A stretch of 64,000 bases of DNA, from assembly GCA_965215615.1 (NCBI GenBank), contig OZ244068.1, forward strand, positions 2,558,504 through 2,622,503, read 5' to 3'. The DNA is from Vicinamibacteria bacterium. GTDB lineage: Bacteria; Acidobacteriota; Vicinamibacteria; Marinacidobacterales; Marinacidobacteraceae. A program made the translations under genes and the position numbers. Positions 45,698 through 54,844 of the stretch are shown here, one piece after another. The notes under the pieces are model-generated. The model saw only the letters and a list, made by a program, of their open reading frames with translations, had not been told where the DNA came from and ran no database searches. Every line of letters starts with the position of its first letter. Position 1 is the stretch's first letter.

Positions 45698-46819
45698 ATG
45701 AAGAAAACAGCAACCTTCGCCTTCCTCTCCGCCCTGCTCGGCGGCGGCTCCCAACCGCTTCAGGCGGCGGACACCCTCCCGCTCGAAGCGCTCACCCTGC
45801 CCCCCGGATTCGAGATCTCGATCTGGGGCCGCATCCCCGGTGCCCGCTCCCTTGCCCGCGGCGAGAACGGGACCATCTTCATCGGCACCCGCAGCGCCGA
45901 GGGGAGCGTCTATGCGCTCCGCGACAACGACGGCGACGGCGAAGCGGACGAGCTCCACACCCTCGACGAGGACCTGTTCATGCCGAACGGGATCGCGGTA
46001 CAGGGCGGGGCGCTCTACGTGGCCGAGGTGAACCGCATCCTCCGCTTCGACGACATCGAGTCGCGCCTCGCCGACCCGGGCGAGCCGGTGGTGGTCACGG
46101 ACGAACTTCCCGACATGCGCCACCACGGCTGGAAGTACCTCGCCTTCGGCCCCGACGGCAAGCTCTACTTCAACATCGGCGCTCCCTGTAACCGCTGCGA
46201 CTCGCGCGACCCGCTCTTCGCCTCGATCACCCGCATGAACGCGGACGGAACCGGAATCGAACCGGTGGCGCTCGGCGTCCGGAACTCGGTCGGCTTCGCC
46301 TGGCACCCGGAAACTGGCCATCTCTGGTTCACCGACAACAACGCCGACTGGCTCGGCGACGACAACCCGCCCGGCGAGATGAACATCCTCACCGAGGAAG
46401 GCCAGCACTTCGGCTACCCCTACTGCCACGCCATGAACAGCCCCGACCCGTGGTACCAGCAGGACGGCGCGTGCGACGACTACGAACCCCCGACCCAGGA
46501 GCTCGGCCCCCACGTCGCCGCCCTCGGGATGCTCTTCTACCAGGGCGACCAGTTCCCCGAGAAGTACCACGGCCAGGCCATCGTCGCGGAACACGGCTCG
46601 TGGAACCGCACCGAGCGCATCGGCTACCGCCTCACCCTGGTCACCACCGAGAACGGGGTAGCCACCGGCTACGAGGACTTCGTCACCGGCTGGATTGGCG
46701 CACCCGAAGAACGCGCCTGGGGCCGCCCGGTGGACGTGCTCGAACTCCCGAACGGCGAGATCCTGGTATCCGACGACCGCGCGGACGTGATCTACCGGAT
46801 CTGGTACCCCGGGGAGTGA
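45698..46819 (+). CDS. PQQ-dependent soluble sugar (aldose) dehydrogenase (YliI/Asd-like)
   Basis: Start is MKKTATFAFLSALLGG (signal). Six-bladed beta-propeller motifs (…NGIAV…, …HHGWKYLAFGPDGKLYF…, …FGYPYC…). Confidence 0.75.
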   Translation: MKKTATFAFLSALLGGGSQPLQAADTLPLEALTLPPGFEISIWGRIPGARSLARGENGTIFIGTRSAEGSVYALRDNDGDGEADELHTLDEDLFMPNGIAVQGGALYVAEVNRILRFDDIESRLADPGEPVVVTDELPDMRHHGWKYLAFGPDGKLYFNIGAPCNRCDSRDPLFASITRMNADGTGIEPVALGVRNSVGFAWHPETGHLWFTDNNADWLGDDNPPGEMNILTEEGQHFGYPYCHAMNSPDPWYQQDGACDDYEPPTQELGPHVAALGMLFYQGDQFPEKYHGQAIVAEHGSWNRTERIGYRLTLVTTENGVATGYEDFVTGWIGAPEERAWGRPVDVLELPNGEILVSDDRADVIYRIWYPGE

Positions 46820-46874
46820 CAGCCTTCGCCATTCTCATTCTATTTTCCTCAATCCTCAAACAAGGAACGATCCG

Positions 46875-48731
46875 ATGACCCACTCCGCTCCTCCTCTGAA
46901 GCCCATTGACGGCGAACCGCGCAGTATTCGTGCGCTCTTGAGTGAAGCCAAATATTCCGTTGACTACTACCAGCGTGAATACAGATGGGAAACCAAGCAC
47001 ATTGACGAACTACTCGCCGATCTAGTCAACAAATTTAGGGAGAGCCACATCGCGGGTAACCCACGAGGTTCGCACAAAAATTATGACCACTACTTTCTTG
47101 GGTCTATCATCGTATGCGGAATAAATCAGAAGAAATTTCTTGTTGATGGTCAACAAAGAATCACGACCCTAACGCTTCTTCTCATTTTTCTGAGGCATGC
47201 ACTCGAAGAAGCCGAAGATAAGGGAGAACTCGATCCGCTAATCCGGTCCAGAGTCGCCGGTGTGCGTTCATTCAATCTGAATGTTGACGAACGGACACCT
47301 TGCATGGAAGCTCTTTTTGACCAAACTCCACACCCAGATCCGCCACCTTCGGATTCAGTGGAGAATATTTTGGCTCGATATCAGGATCTGACCGAGTTGT
47401 TCCCTGACAACTTACTCCATGAATCTCTTCCTCTGTTCGTAGACTGGCTCCTCGATAACGTACACATGATCGAAATCGTGACGTACTCGGATGCCGATGC
47501 ATATACCATTTTCGAAACCATGAACGACCGTGGCCTATCATTGACACCCTCCGAAATGCTGAAGGGCTATCTCTTAAAGAGTATCGACATCGAAAAAAGA
47601 ATAGAAGCCAATAACGCATGGCGATCTCGCTTTCGACGACTTGGAGAACTCGGGAAAGGAGAAGGAGCGGAGGCGGTCAAAGCACTGTTGCGGAGCCAAT
47701 ATGCGTTGACGATTCGGGAGCGGAAGAGCAACGCAGAGCCTCGAGACTTTGACCTCATCGGTACAGAATTTCATCGATGGGTCCGGCGCCAGAAGGATCA
47801 CATCGGCCTACGAGTCAACGATGATTTTTTTCTTTTCATCACACGAGAATTCGAATACTACGGAAGCTGGTACGAAAGACTCCGACGTGCTGGAGATACC
47901 CTCACTGAGGGCTTGGAGTGTGTGCATTTCAACGCTCAGCATAGATTTACCCTTCAGTATCCGCTTCTTCTTTCACCGATCAGACTGAGTGACGATGAAT
48001 GCGATGCGCTTCGTAAAGTTCGCATCGTAGCATCTTTCCTTGATATCTTTATCTGTAGGAGAATATGGAATTGGAGATCAATCGATTATTCGACCATGCA
48101 GTATGCGATGTTCTCTGTCATGAAGAAGATTCGTGCGAAATCTATCGAGGAACTACTTCTGGTTCTTGGTCAAAGATTAGATGAGGAAAAAGAAACATTC
48201 GCGAAGAGTGATTGGAACGCTAGTTTTGGACTTCATGGAACTAATGGCCCGCGAATCCACCGCCTCTTGGCAAGAATGACAGATTATGTCGAAACCGCCT
48301 CCGGTCAGCAATCACGCTATGCCGAATACGCACGACGTGGGCATGGTGGCTACGAAATCGAACACATTTGGGCCGATCATGCGGATCTCCACAAGAACGA
48401 GTTTCGACACTCTAGCGAATTTGCCGAATATCGAAACCGAATTGGAGGCTTGCTTCTTCTTCCCAAGAGTTTCAATGCAAGCTACGGAGATCTTCCATAC
48501 GATAAGAAACGGGATCACTACTTAAAGCACAATCTGCTCGCACAGAGTCTCCATGAGAAGGCATACGAACGAGATCCAGGTTTCCTGAAATTCATCGAGC
48601 GGACCGGATTGGAATTTCGACATCACAAGAATTTTGGGCGAGAAGACCTTGATGCCCGGCAAGAGCTGTACCGGCAGTTGGCAGCCAAGGTTTGGGATCC
48701 GAATCGGCTCAAGGAGGAAATGGACGACTGA
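46875..48731 (+). CDS. GmrSD-like type IV restriction enzyme family protein (N-terminal DUF262/ParB-like NTPase domain with DGQQR motif + C-terminal DUF1524 His-Me finger nuclease)
   Basis: …LVDGQQRITTL… (DUF262) and …YEIEHIWADHADLH… (DUF1524 H-N-H-like). The gene and 55 bp upstream are about 48-50% GC against a ~70% background. Confidence 0.8.
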   Translation: MTHSAPPLKPIDGEPRSIRALLSEAKYSVDYYQREYRWETKHIDELLADLVNKFRESHIAGNPRGSHKNYDHYFLGSIIVCGINQKKFLVDGQQRITTLTLLLIFLRHALEEAEDKGELDPLIRSRVAGVRSFNLNVDERTPCMEALFDQTPHPDPPPSDSVENILARYQDLTELFPDNLLHESLPLFVDWLLDNVHMIEIVTYSDADAYTIFETMNDRGLSLTPSEMLKGYLLKSIDIEKRIEANNAWRSRFRRLGELGKGEGAEAVKALLRSQYALTIRERKSNAEPRDFDLIGTEFHRWVRRQKDHIGLRVNDDFFLFITREFEYYGSWYERLRRAGDTLTEGLECVHFNAQHRFTLQYPLLLSPIRLSDDECDALRKVRIVASFLDIFICRRIWNWRSIDYSTMQYAMFSVMKKIRAKSIEELLLVLGQRLDEEKETFAKSDWNASFGLHGTNGPRIHRLLARMTDYVETASGQQSRYAEYARRGHGGYEIEHIWADHADLHKNEFRHSSEFAEYRNRIGGLLLLPKSFNASYGDLPYDKKRDHYLKHNLLAQSLHEKAYERDPGFLKFIERTGLEFRHHKNFGREDLDARQELYRQLAAKVWDPNRLKEEMDD

Positions 48732-48736
48732 CTTCT

Positions 48737-50707
48737 TTGTTCTCCTCTACTCGGTGGCCACTTTTGGGCTGGCTCACGGTCCTCCTCGGCATCGCAGGAC
48801 CCGCCGTCGCCCAGGACCGCGCCCCCGGTGAGTGGCCGCACTACGCCGCCGATCTCGCGTCCACCCGCTATTCGCCGCTGGACCAGATCCACGCCGGCAA
48901 CGTCCATGAGCTCGGGATCGTCTGGCGGTGGAACTCGCGCAACTACGGGCCGCGGGTGGATTCGAACCTCCGCACCACGCCGATCATGCTGGACGGGGTG
49001 CTCTATGTGACCGCAGGTTCCCGGCGGGCGGCCATCGCGATCGATGCGGCCACCGGGGAGACGCTCTGGAGCTTCCGGCTGGATGAGGGCAAGCGCGGCG
49101 AATCGGCACCCCGCGCCACTTCGGGCCGGGGGCTCGCCTTCTGGAGCGACGGAGAAGCGGCCAGGGCTTTTCTGGTGACTCCCGCCTACCAGCTCGCCGC
49201 CCTCGATGCCGCCACCGGGAAGCCGATCCCGGGCTTCGGGCTCGACGGCATGGTGGATCTCCGGCGTGATCTCGGGCGCGAGGTGGACCTCGAGACGGCG
49301 CGGATCGGAGCCGGTTCGCCACCCACGGTCGTCGGGGACGTGATCGTGGTGGGCGCGGCGCTCGTGAGTGGCAGCGCTCCGCCCTCGCCGGAGAATGCGC
49401 CGGCTCCGGTCCGGGGCTACGACGCCCGCAGCGGCGAGCTCCTCTGGACCTTCCACACGATCCCCCGCGAGGGTGAATTCGGGAACGACACCTGGGAGAA
49501 CGACAGTTGGCGCTTCACCGGGAACACCGGGGTCTGGGCGTGGATGAGCGCCGACCCCGAACTCGGCCTCGTCTATCTGCCCACAGAAGCGCCCACCGGG
49601 GACTACTACGGGGGGCACCGGCCCGGCGACAACCTGTTCAGCCAGAGCATCGTCGCGCTCGACGTGCGCACCGGCGAGCGGAAGTGGCACTACCAGACGG
49701 TCCACCACCCGATCTGGGACTACGACCTCCCGACCGCGCCGGTGCTGCTGGACCTGACGGTGGACGGCGAGGAGATTCCGGCGCTGGCGCAGGTCACGAA
49801 GCAGGGGTTCACCTTCGTCTTCGACCGCCGGACCGGCGAACCGGTCTGGCCGATCGAGGAACGCCCGGTCCCGGCGAGCGAGGTTCCGGGTGAACGGACT
49901 GCCCCGACCCAGCCGTTCCCGACCCGGCCGCCGCCGTTCCATCGTCAGGGAGTCAGCGAGGACGACCTGCTGGACTTCACGCCCGAACTCCGCGAGGAGG
50001 CGCTCGCCATCTCCAGGTTCTACACGCTCGGGCCGCTCTTCACCCCGCCGACGCTGATGGTGGAGCGCGGCAACCGGGGCACGATCACGGTGCCCGGCGC
50101 GCTCGGCGGAGCGAACTGGCCGAGCGTGGCCGCCGACCCGGAGACCGGCATCCTCTATGTCTCCACCGGGCTCGACGTGAACATCCTCGGCCTCGAACAC
50201 GACCCGGACCGCTCCACCATGGATTACGTCCAGGGCTCGCGCCGGGCGATCCGCCTTCCGCGCGGCGGCGGCCCCCAGGGACTGCCGCTGCTGAAGCCGC
50301 CGTGGGGCCAGATCACCGCGCTCGACCTGAACCGGGGCGAGATCCTCTGGCAGATCGAAAACAGCGACACTCCGGAGTGGGTGCGGGAGCACCCCGCGCT
50401 CGAAGGCATCGAACTCGGGCGCACCGGCCAACCCGACCGCGGCGGCCTGCTGGTGACGAAAACACTCCTCTTCGCCGGCGAAGGCAGCGGCATGTTCGCC
50501 GCCTATGGCTCCGGCGGCCCCATGTTCCGCGCCCACGACAAGGCCACCGGCGAGATCCTCTGGGAGTTCGAGCTGCCCGCGAACCAGTCCGGAACCCCGA
50601 TGAGTTACCTGGTGGACGGCCGCCAGTTCGTCGTCGTCGCGGTGGGCGCTCCCGGCCGTCCGGGCGAGTTCGTCGCCCTCGCGCTGCCCGAACAGACTCC
50701 GGAATAG
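48737..50707 (+). CDS. PQQ-dependent (quinoprotein) alcohol/glucose dehydrogenase family, signal peptide
   Basis: Proposed TTG start giving MFSSTRWPLLGWLTVLLGIAGPAVAQ. Eight-bladed propeller W-motif repeats (…YSPLDQI…, …WSF…, …YDLPTAPVLLD…). Confidence 0.75.
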   Translation: MFSSTRWPLLGWLTVLLGIAGPAVAQDRAPGEWPHYAADLASTRYSPLDQIHAGNVHELGIVWRWNSRNYGPRVDSNLRTTPIMLDGVLYVTAGSRRAAIAIDAATGETLWSFRLDEGKRGESAPRATSGRGLAFWSDGEAARAFLVTPAYQLAALDAATGKPIPGFGLDGMVDLRRDLGREVDLETARIGAGSPPTVVGDVIVVGAALVSGSAPPSPENAPAPVRGYDARSGELLWTFHTIPREGEFGNDTWENDSWRFTGNTGVWAWMSADPELGLVYLPTEAPTGDYYGGHRPGDNLFSQSIVALDVRTGERKWHYQTVHHPIWDYDLPTAPVLLDLTVDGEEIPALAQVTKQGFTFVFDRRTGEPVWPIEERPVPASEVPGERTAPTQPFPTRPPPFHRQGVSEDDLLDFTPELREEALAISRFYTLGPLFTPPTLMVERGNRGTITVPGALGGANWPSVAADPETGILYVSTGLDVNILGLEHDPDRSTMDYVQGSRRAIRLPRGGGPQGLPLLKPPWGQITALDLNRGEILWQIENSDTPEWVREHPALEGIELGRTGQPDRGGLLVTKTLLFAGEGSGMFAAYGSGGPMFRAHDKATGEILWEFELPANQSGTPMSYLVDGRQFVVVAVGAPGRPGEFVALALPEQTPE

Positions 50708-50717
50708 GCTTCGCCCC

Positions 50718-51116
50718 ATGAAACAGTTCCTGATCCAACAGCGCGAATCGGCGTACGCGCTGCTCCGCATCGTCGCCGGCTTCGGATTCGTTTGCCACGG
50801 AGTCGTGGCCGTCAGCTTCCTGCTGGGCGAGGGAACTCCGTACTCCCCGGCGTGGCTCTACAACTCCGCCGGGATCATCGAGCTCGTGACCGGCCTGCTG
50901 GTCATGGTGGGGTGCCTGACGCGACCGGCCGCCTTCCTCGCGTCCGGAACCATGGCGGTGGCCTATTTCTACGCGCACCAGCCGGACGGCCTGCTCCCGA
51001 TCCAGAACGGCGGCGAACTGGCGATGGTGTATTCCTTCGTGTTCCTGCTGCTCGCCACCGGCGGCTCCGGCAAGTGGAGCCTCGAGGCCTGCTGCGCTCC
51101 GAGGAAAAAAAGCTAA
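50718..51116 (+). CDS. DoxX-family membrane protein (paralogue of 39299..39706)
   Basis: …YALLRIVAGFGFVCHG…; four TM helices. Confidence 0.7.
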   Translation: MKQFLIQQRESAYALLRIVAGFGFVCHGVVAVSFLLGEGTPYSPAWLYNSAGIIELVTGLLVMVGCLTRPAAFLASGTMAVAYFYAHQPDGLLPIQNGGELAMVYSFVFLLLATGGSGKWSLEACCAPRKKS

Positions 51117-51193
51117 CCGAACCAGAAACGAAAGCCGTGGCGACAGACCACATTTGGGCATCGAAGTGACATCGCATACGCTATCATTTCGGC

Positions 51194-51628
51194 ATGAGAG
51201 TCGTCGTGGACACGAACGTCATCGTTGCCGCGTTGGGAAGCCCTGACGGTGCCAGTCGCGAAGTTCTCCGACGCTGCCTTCATGGTTCCTATGCCCCGCT
51301 CATCGGAGAGACTCTCTTCTGGGAGTACGAATCCGTACTCCGACGGGAGGAGCCCTTCGCCAAATCCAGAGCCTCGCCAGCGGAGCGCAACGCCCTCTGG
51401 GCAGCCTTGGCGAGCCGCTGCGAGTGGATTCGAGTGCGCTACCTCTGGCGTCCGAACCTGCCCGACGAAGGAGACGACCACATCATGGAATTGGCGCTGG
51501 CGGGTGGGGCCCAAGCGATCATCACCTACAACACAGCCGACTTTCGGGGCGGCGATCTGCTGTTTCCACAGGTACGGATCGTGACTCCCACCACGCTGAT
51601 CACGGAGAACTCAACATGGCGACCTTGA
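51194..51628 (+). CDS. PIN-domain toxin (PIN_3 / TIGR00305-like, toxin-first orientation)
   Basis: MRVVVDTNVIVAAL… and …DDHIMELALAGGAQAIITYNTADF… carry PIN acidic residues. Confidence 0.65.
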   Translation: MRVVVDTNVIVAALGSPDGASREVLRRCLHGSYAPLIGETLFWEYESVLRREEPFAKSRASPAERNALWAALASRCEWIRVRYLWRPNLPDEGDDHIMELALAGGAQAIITYNTADFRGGDLLFPQVRIVTPTTLITENSTWRP

Positions 51629-51873
51629 CCGTCCGAATCCCCGACGACACCCACGCGCGCGTCAAGAATCTGGCGCGCCACCGCGGCATGAGCGTGAACC
51701 GCCTGATGGAGGAACTGAGCGTGATTGCCGTTACCCAGCACGATGCCGAGATGCGCTTCAGGGCCTTGGCCGTGCGCGGGTCCAAAGAGGAAGGGCTCGC
51801 GATTCTCGAGAAGCTCGACCGTGCCTTCACCGCCGGGCGTTCCGGAAACCCGCAGATGGAATCCCGAACATGA
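51616..51873 (+). CDS. Ribbon-helix-helix (CopG/ParD-like) antitoxin
   Basis: MATLTVRIPDDTHARVKNLARHRGMSVNRLMEEL is a canonical RHH beta-strand plus two helices. Overlaps the PIN gene by 13 nt and the downstream HD gene by 4 nt (ATGA). Confidence 0.6.
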   Translation: MATLTVRIPDDTHARVKNLARHRGMSVNRLMEELSVIAVTQHDAEMRFRALAVRGSKEEGLAILEKLDRAFTAGRSGNPQMESRT

Positions 51874-52439
51874 CCCGCGACGAGGCCTGGGCGCACCTGA
51901 CCGCCTGGTGCGAGACCGATTCGCTCCGGAAGCACGCCCGCTCGGTAGAGATCGTGATGCGCGCCGCCGCCTCGCGCTACGGCGGCCCCGACGACGACCC
52001 GGAGGTCTGGGGAATCGCCGGGATGCTCCACGATGCCGACTACGAGAAGTGGCCGGAGGACCATCCGAACCGCATCGTCGCCTGGCTGCGCGAGCGCGGC
52101 GAAGAGGAACTCGCCTACGCGATCTCGGGGCACTACACCAAGTGGAACGTCCCGCTGAAGTCGCAAATGGACAAGGCGCTCCTCGCCTGCGACGAACTCA
52201 CCGGGTTCATCGTGGCCTGCTGCCTCGTGCGACCCGAGGGCGTTTCGACGCTCGGAGCGCGCAGCGTGAAGAAGAAGCTCAAGGACAAGGCGTTCGCCGC
52301 CAAGGTGGAGCGCCACGAGTGCCGGTTCGGTGCCGAACTGCTGGGAGTGGAGATCGGCGAGCACATCGACTTCATCATCGGCGCGCTCCGCCCCCACGCA
52401 GAGGAACTCGGGATCACCGGCCGGGTGCTGGCCCCCTGA
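51870..52439 (+). CDS. HD-domain metal-dependent phosphohydrolase (small, ~190 aa)
   Basis: H…HD…H…D pattern (…RKHARSVE…GMLHDADYEKW…ISGHYTKW…LLACDELTG…). Confidence 0.6.
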   Translation: MTRDEAWAHLTAWCETDSLRKHARSVEIVMRAAASRYGGPDDDPEVWGIAGMLHDADYEKWPEDHPNRIVAWLRERGEEELAYAISGHYTKWNVPLKSQMDKALLACDELTGFIVACCLVRPEGVSTLGARSVKKKLKDKAFAAKVERHECRFGAELLGVEIGEHIDFIIGALRPHAEELGITGRVLAP

Positions 52440-53620
52440 TGCTGACGGAGGCCGAACTCGGGGCCCTGTTGGCCGAAGAGTCGGATCGCGTGGAGATGAC
52501 GACCTCCACGAAGAACACCGACAAGTTCGGAGAAGCTGTCTGCGCGTTCGCGAACGACTTCCCGAACCACCGGCAACCCGGATACCTGCTGGTCGGCGTG
52601 GACGACAACGGAAGAGCCACCGGACTCGCAATCACCGATCAGCTTCTCCGTTCCCTGTCCGACCTGCGCTCCAACGTGAATCTGGAGCCCATCCCCGCCA
52701 TCACGGTCCGCAAGGCTTCGCTGCCGGAAGGCGACGTGGCCGTCGTGGAAGTCACGCCCTCCGATCTTCCTCCGGTCCGCTACAAGGGGCGTATCTGGAT
52801 TCGGATCGGCCCCTCCCGCCGGCAGGCGAATCGGCAGGAAGAGCGGACCCTGGTCGAAAAGCGCACCGGCTGGCAAAAGCCTTTCGATTTGCTGCCTCGG
52901 CCCGAAGCAACGCTCGACGACCTGGTGACGGATCTGTTCCGGGTCACCTACCTGCCTCGTGCCGTGACCCGCGACGTACTCCTCGAGAACGACCGGGATT
53001 TGACCGAGCAACTGGCTTCTCTTCGCTTCTACGACATCGAGACCCGTTCGCCGACCCATGCCGGCTTGCTGCTTTTTGCCAAGGACCCCTTGCTCTGGCT
53101 ACCGGGTGCCTATCTGCACATGGTGCGCTGGACCGGTGACACCATGGCGAGTGAGCCGGATTGGGAGCGACGTTTTCGCGGGGACCTGCTGTCCTTGTTG
53201 CGCGATCTGGACAACTTCGTTTCCCTCCCGACTCGTCCGCGGCCCGTCGCGGCCACAACACTGGGCGAGCACGATCTGACCGACTATCCGCACACGGCAA
53301 TCCGGGAACTCCTGCTCAACGCGATCATGCATCGCACTTACGAATCGAACGCCCCGGTGCGATTCAACTGGTTCCGGGATCACATCGAAATCCAGAGCCC
53401 GGGCGGGCTTTACGGCATGGCATCTCGGGAGAATTTTCCGCGACAGACCGACTACCGCAATCCGGTACTGGCGGAAGCGATGGCCAACCTCGGATACGTC
53501 AACCGTTTCGGGCGCGGAGTCATACGAGCGCAGCAGGCGCTGACAGAGAACGGGAATCCTCCGGCCGAGTTCGCTTTCGATCCCGGACACGTTCTCGTGA
53601 CGCTGCGCAAGACATCATGA
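52439..53620 (+). CDS. AlbA_2 (Schlafen-like putative DNA-binding) + HATPase_c_4 two-domain ATP-binding protein
   Basis: N-terminal …EESDRVEMTTSTKNTDKFGEAVCAFANDFPNHRQPGYLLVGVDDNGRATG… (AlbA_2). C-terminal …AIRELLLNAIMHRTYESNAPVRFNWFRDHIEIQSPGGLYGM…RNPVLAEAMANLGYVNRFGRGV… (HATPase_c_4). Start overlaps the HD stop by 1 nt. Confidence 0.65.
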   Translation: MLTEAELGALLAEESDRVEMTTSTKNTDKFGEAVCAFANDFPNHRQPGYLLVGVDDNGRATGLAITDQLLRSLSDLRSNVNLEPIPAITVRKASLPEGDVAVVEVTPSDLPPVRYKGRIWIRIGPSRRQANRQEERTLVEKRTGWQKPFDLLPRPEATLDDLVTDLFRVTYLPRAVTRDVLLENDRDLTEQLASLRFYDIETRSPTHAGLLLFAKDPLLWLPGAYLHMVRWTGDTMASEPDWERRFRGDLLSLLRDLDNFVSLPTRPRPVAATTLGEHDLTDYPHTAIRELLLNAIMHRTYESNAPVRFNWFRDHIEIQSPGGLYGMASRENFPRQTDYRNPVLAEAMANLGYVNRFGRGVIRAQQALTENGNPPAEFAFDPGHVLVTLRKTS

Positions 53621-54597
53621 AGACCGTCGCGTTCTTCAACAACAAGGGCGGTGTCGGCAAGACTTCCCTCGTCCACCATCTGTCCCACATGTACGCGGAG
53701 CTCGGGGCCAGCGTGATCGCCGCCGATCTGGATCCCCAGGCGAACCTGACATCCATGTCTCTCCCGGAAAATCGTCTGGAAGAGATATGGCCCGAAGGCG
53801 AGCATCGGGACAGCATCCTGGGGGTGATTTCTCCCATTCTGAAAGGGATGGGCGATATTGGCGAAGCAACCATCCAGGAGCTCTCGCCTCGACTGGGACT
53901 GATCGCCGGCGACCTGGGGCTCTCCCGTTTCGAATCACGGCTCTCGTCCGCGTGGCCCGAATGCATGAGTGGAGAGGAAGCGGCGTTCCGCGTGGAATCA
54001 GCGTTCTACCGGATGATCCAGGATGCGGCGCTCCGGCGGCAGGCGGACATGGTGCTCATGGACATCGGCCCGAATCTCGGGGCGGTCAACCGGGCCGCCA
54101 TCCTCGCGGCGGACTACGTCGTCTTTCCGCTGGCACCCGATCTGTTTTCGCTACAGGGGCTCGAAAACCTTGGCCCCACCCTGGCTTCCTGGCGACTCGA
54201 GTGGAAGGACCGCCTTGAGCGTGCGCCGAATGGATTGAGGCTTCCGCGTGGCGAGATCGCTCCCGCAGGTTACGTCGTGATGCAGCACGCGATCCGGCTT
54301 GGCCGACCGGTCCAGGCTTACGAAAAGTGGATGCATCGCATCCCAGGCGTGTACCAGAAGGAGATACTCGGGACATCTTCTTCCGAGCAGGCCTCGGAGA
54401 CCGACGCCCATCGGCTCTCTACCCTGAAGCACTACCGAAGCCTCATGCCGATGGCACAAGACGCGCGCAAACCGATGTTCCATCTCACTCCCGCCGATGG
54501 CGCCCTCGGCGCACATACCTATGCGGTGCAGGACTGCTACGACGACTTCGAGCGACTCGCCGGGGCCATCGCAGCGCAATGCGGCATCTCCTGGTGA
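53617..54597 (+). CDS. ParA/MinD-family P-loop ATPase with ~100-aa C-terminal extension
   Basis: Deviant Walker A MKTVAFFNNKGGVGKTS, a Walker A' Asp region (…ADLDPQANLT…) and Walker B (…MVLMDIGP…). Start overlaps the upstream stop (ATGA). Confidence 0.7.
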   Translation: MKTVAFFNNKGGVGKTSLVHHLSHMYAELGASVIAADLDPQANLTSMSLPENRLEEIWPEGEHRDSILGVISPILKGMGDIGEATIQELSPRLGLIAGDLGLSRFESRLSSAWPECMSGEEAAFRVESAFYRMIQDAALRRQADMVLMDIGPNLGAVNRAAILAADYVVFPLAPDLFSLQGLENLGPTLASWRLEWKDRLERAPNGLRLPRGEIAPAGYVVMQHAIRLGRPVQAYEKWMHRIPGVYQKEILGTSSSEQASETDAHRLSTLKHYRSLMPMAQDARKPMFHLTPADGALGAHTYAVQDCYDDFERLAGAIAAQCGISW

Positions 54598-54667
54598 AGC
54601 AGATCCAGTTTTTCCTCCTGGAACCGGCGCAGCTTGAAGAGCCGCCGCACGAGTTTCCAGGGTCTCT

Positions 54668-54844
54668 TTACTGTTCGATCCCTCTTTCCCACGTCTGGTG
54701 CCAGGATGTCAACTCGGCGAAGATGAAGAAAAGGACAGCGTTTTGCGGCTCGCCATCCATGAGACAACCGATCGCCACCAGCGTCCACAGGAGTGGGAGG
54801 AGGACCACGCCGCGGTTCAGCAACTGCCACAATTTCTTGAACAT
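54668..54844 (-). CDS. Small (58 aa) hydrophobic protein, low GC
   Basis: MFKKLWQLLNRGVVLLPLLWTLVAIGCLMDGEPQNAVLFFIFAELTSWHQTWERGIEQ has one clear TM helix and an AAAGGAA RBS 7 nt upstream. The ~350-bp patch is ~50% GC. It is convergent with the ParA-like gene. Confidence 0.3.
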   Translation of the reverse strand: MFKKLWQLLNRGVVLLPLLWTLVAIGCLMDGEPQNAVLFFIFAELTSWHQTWERGIEQ

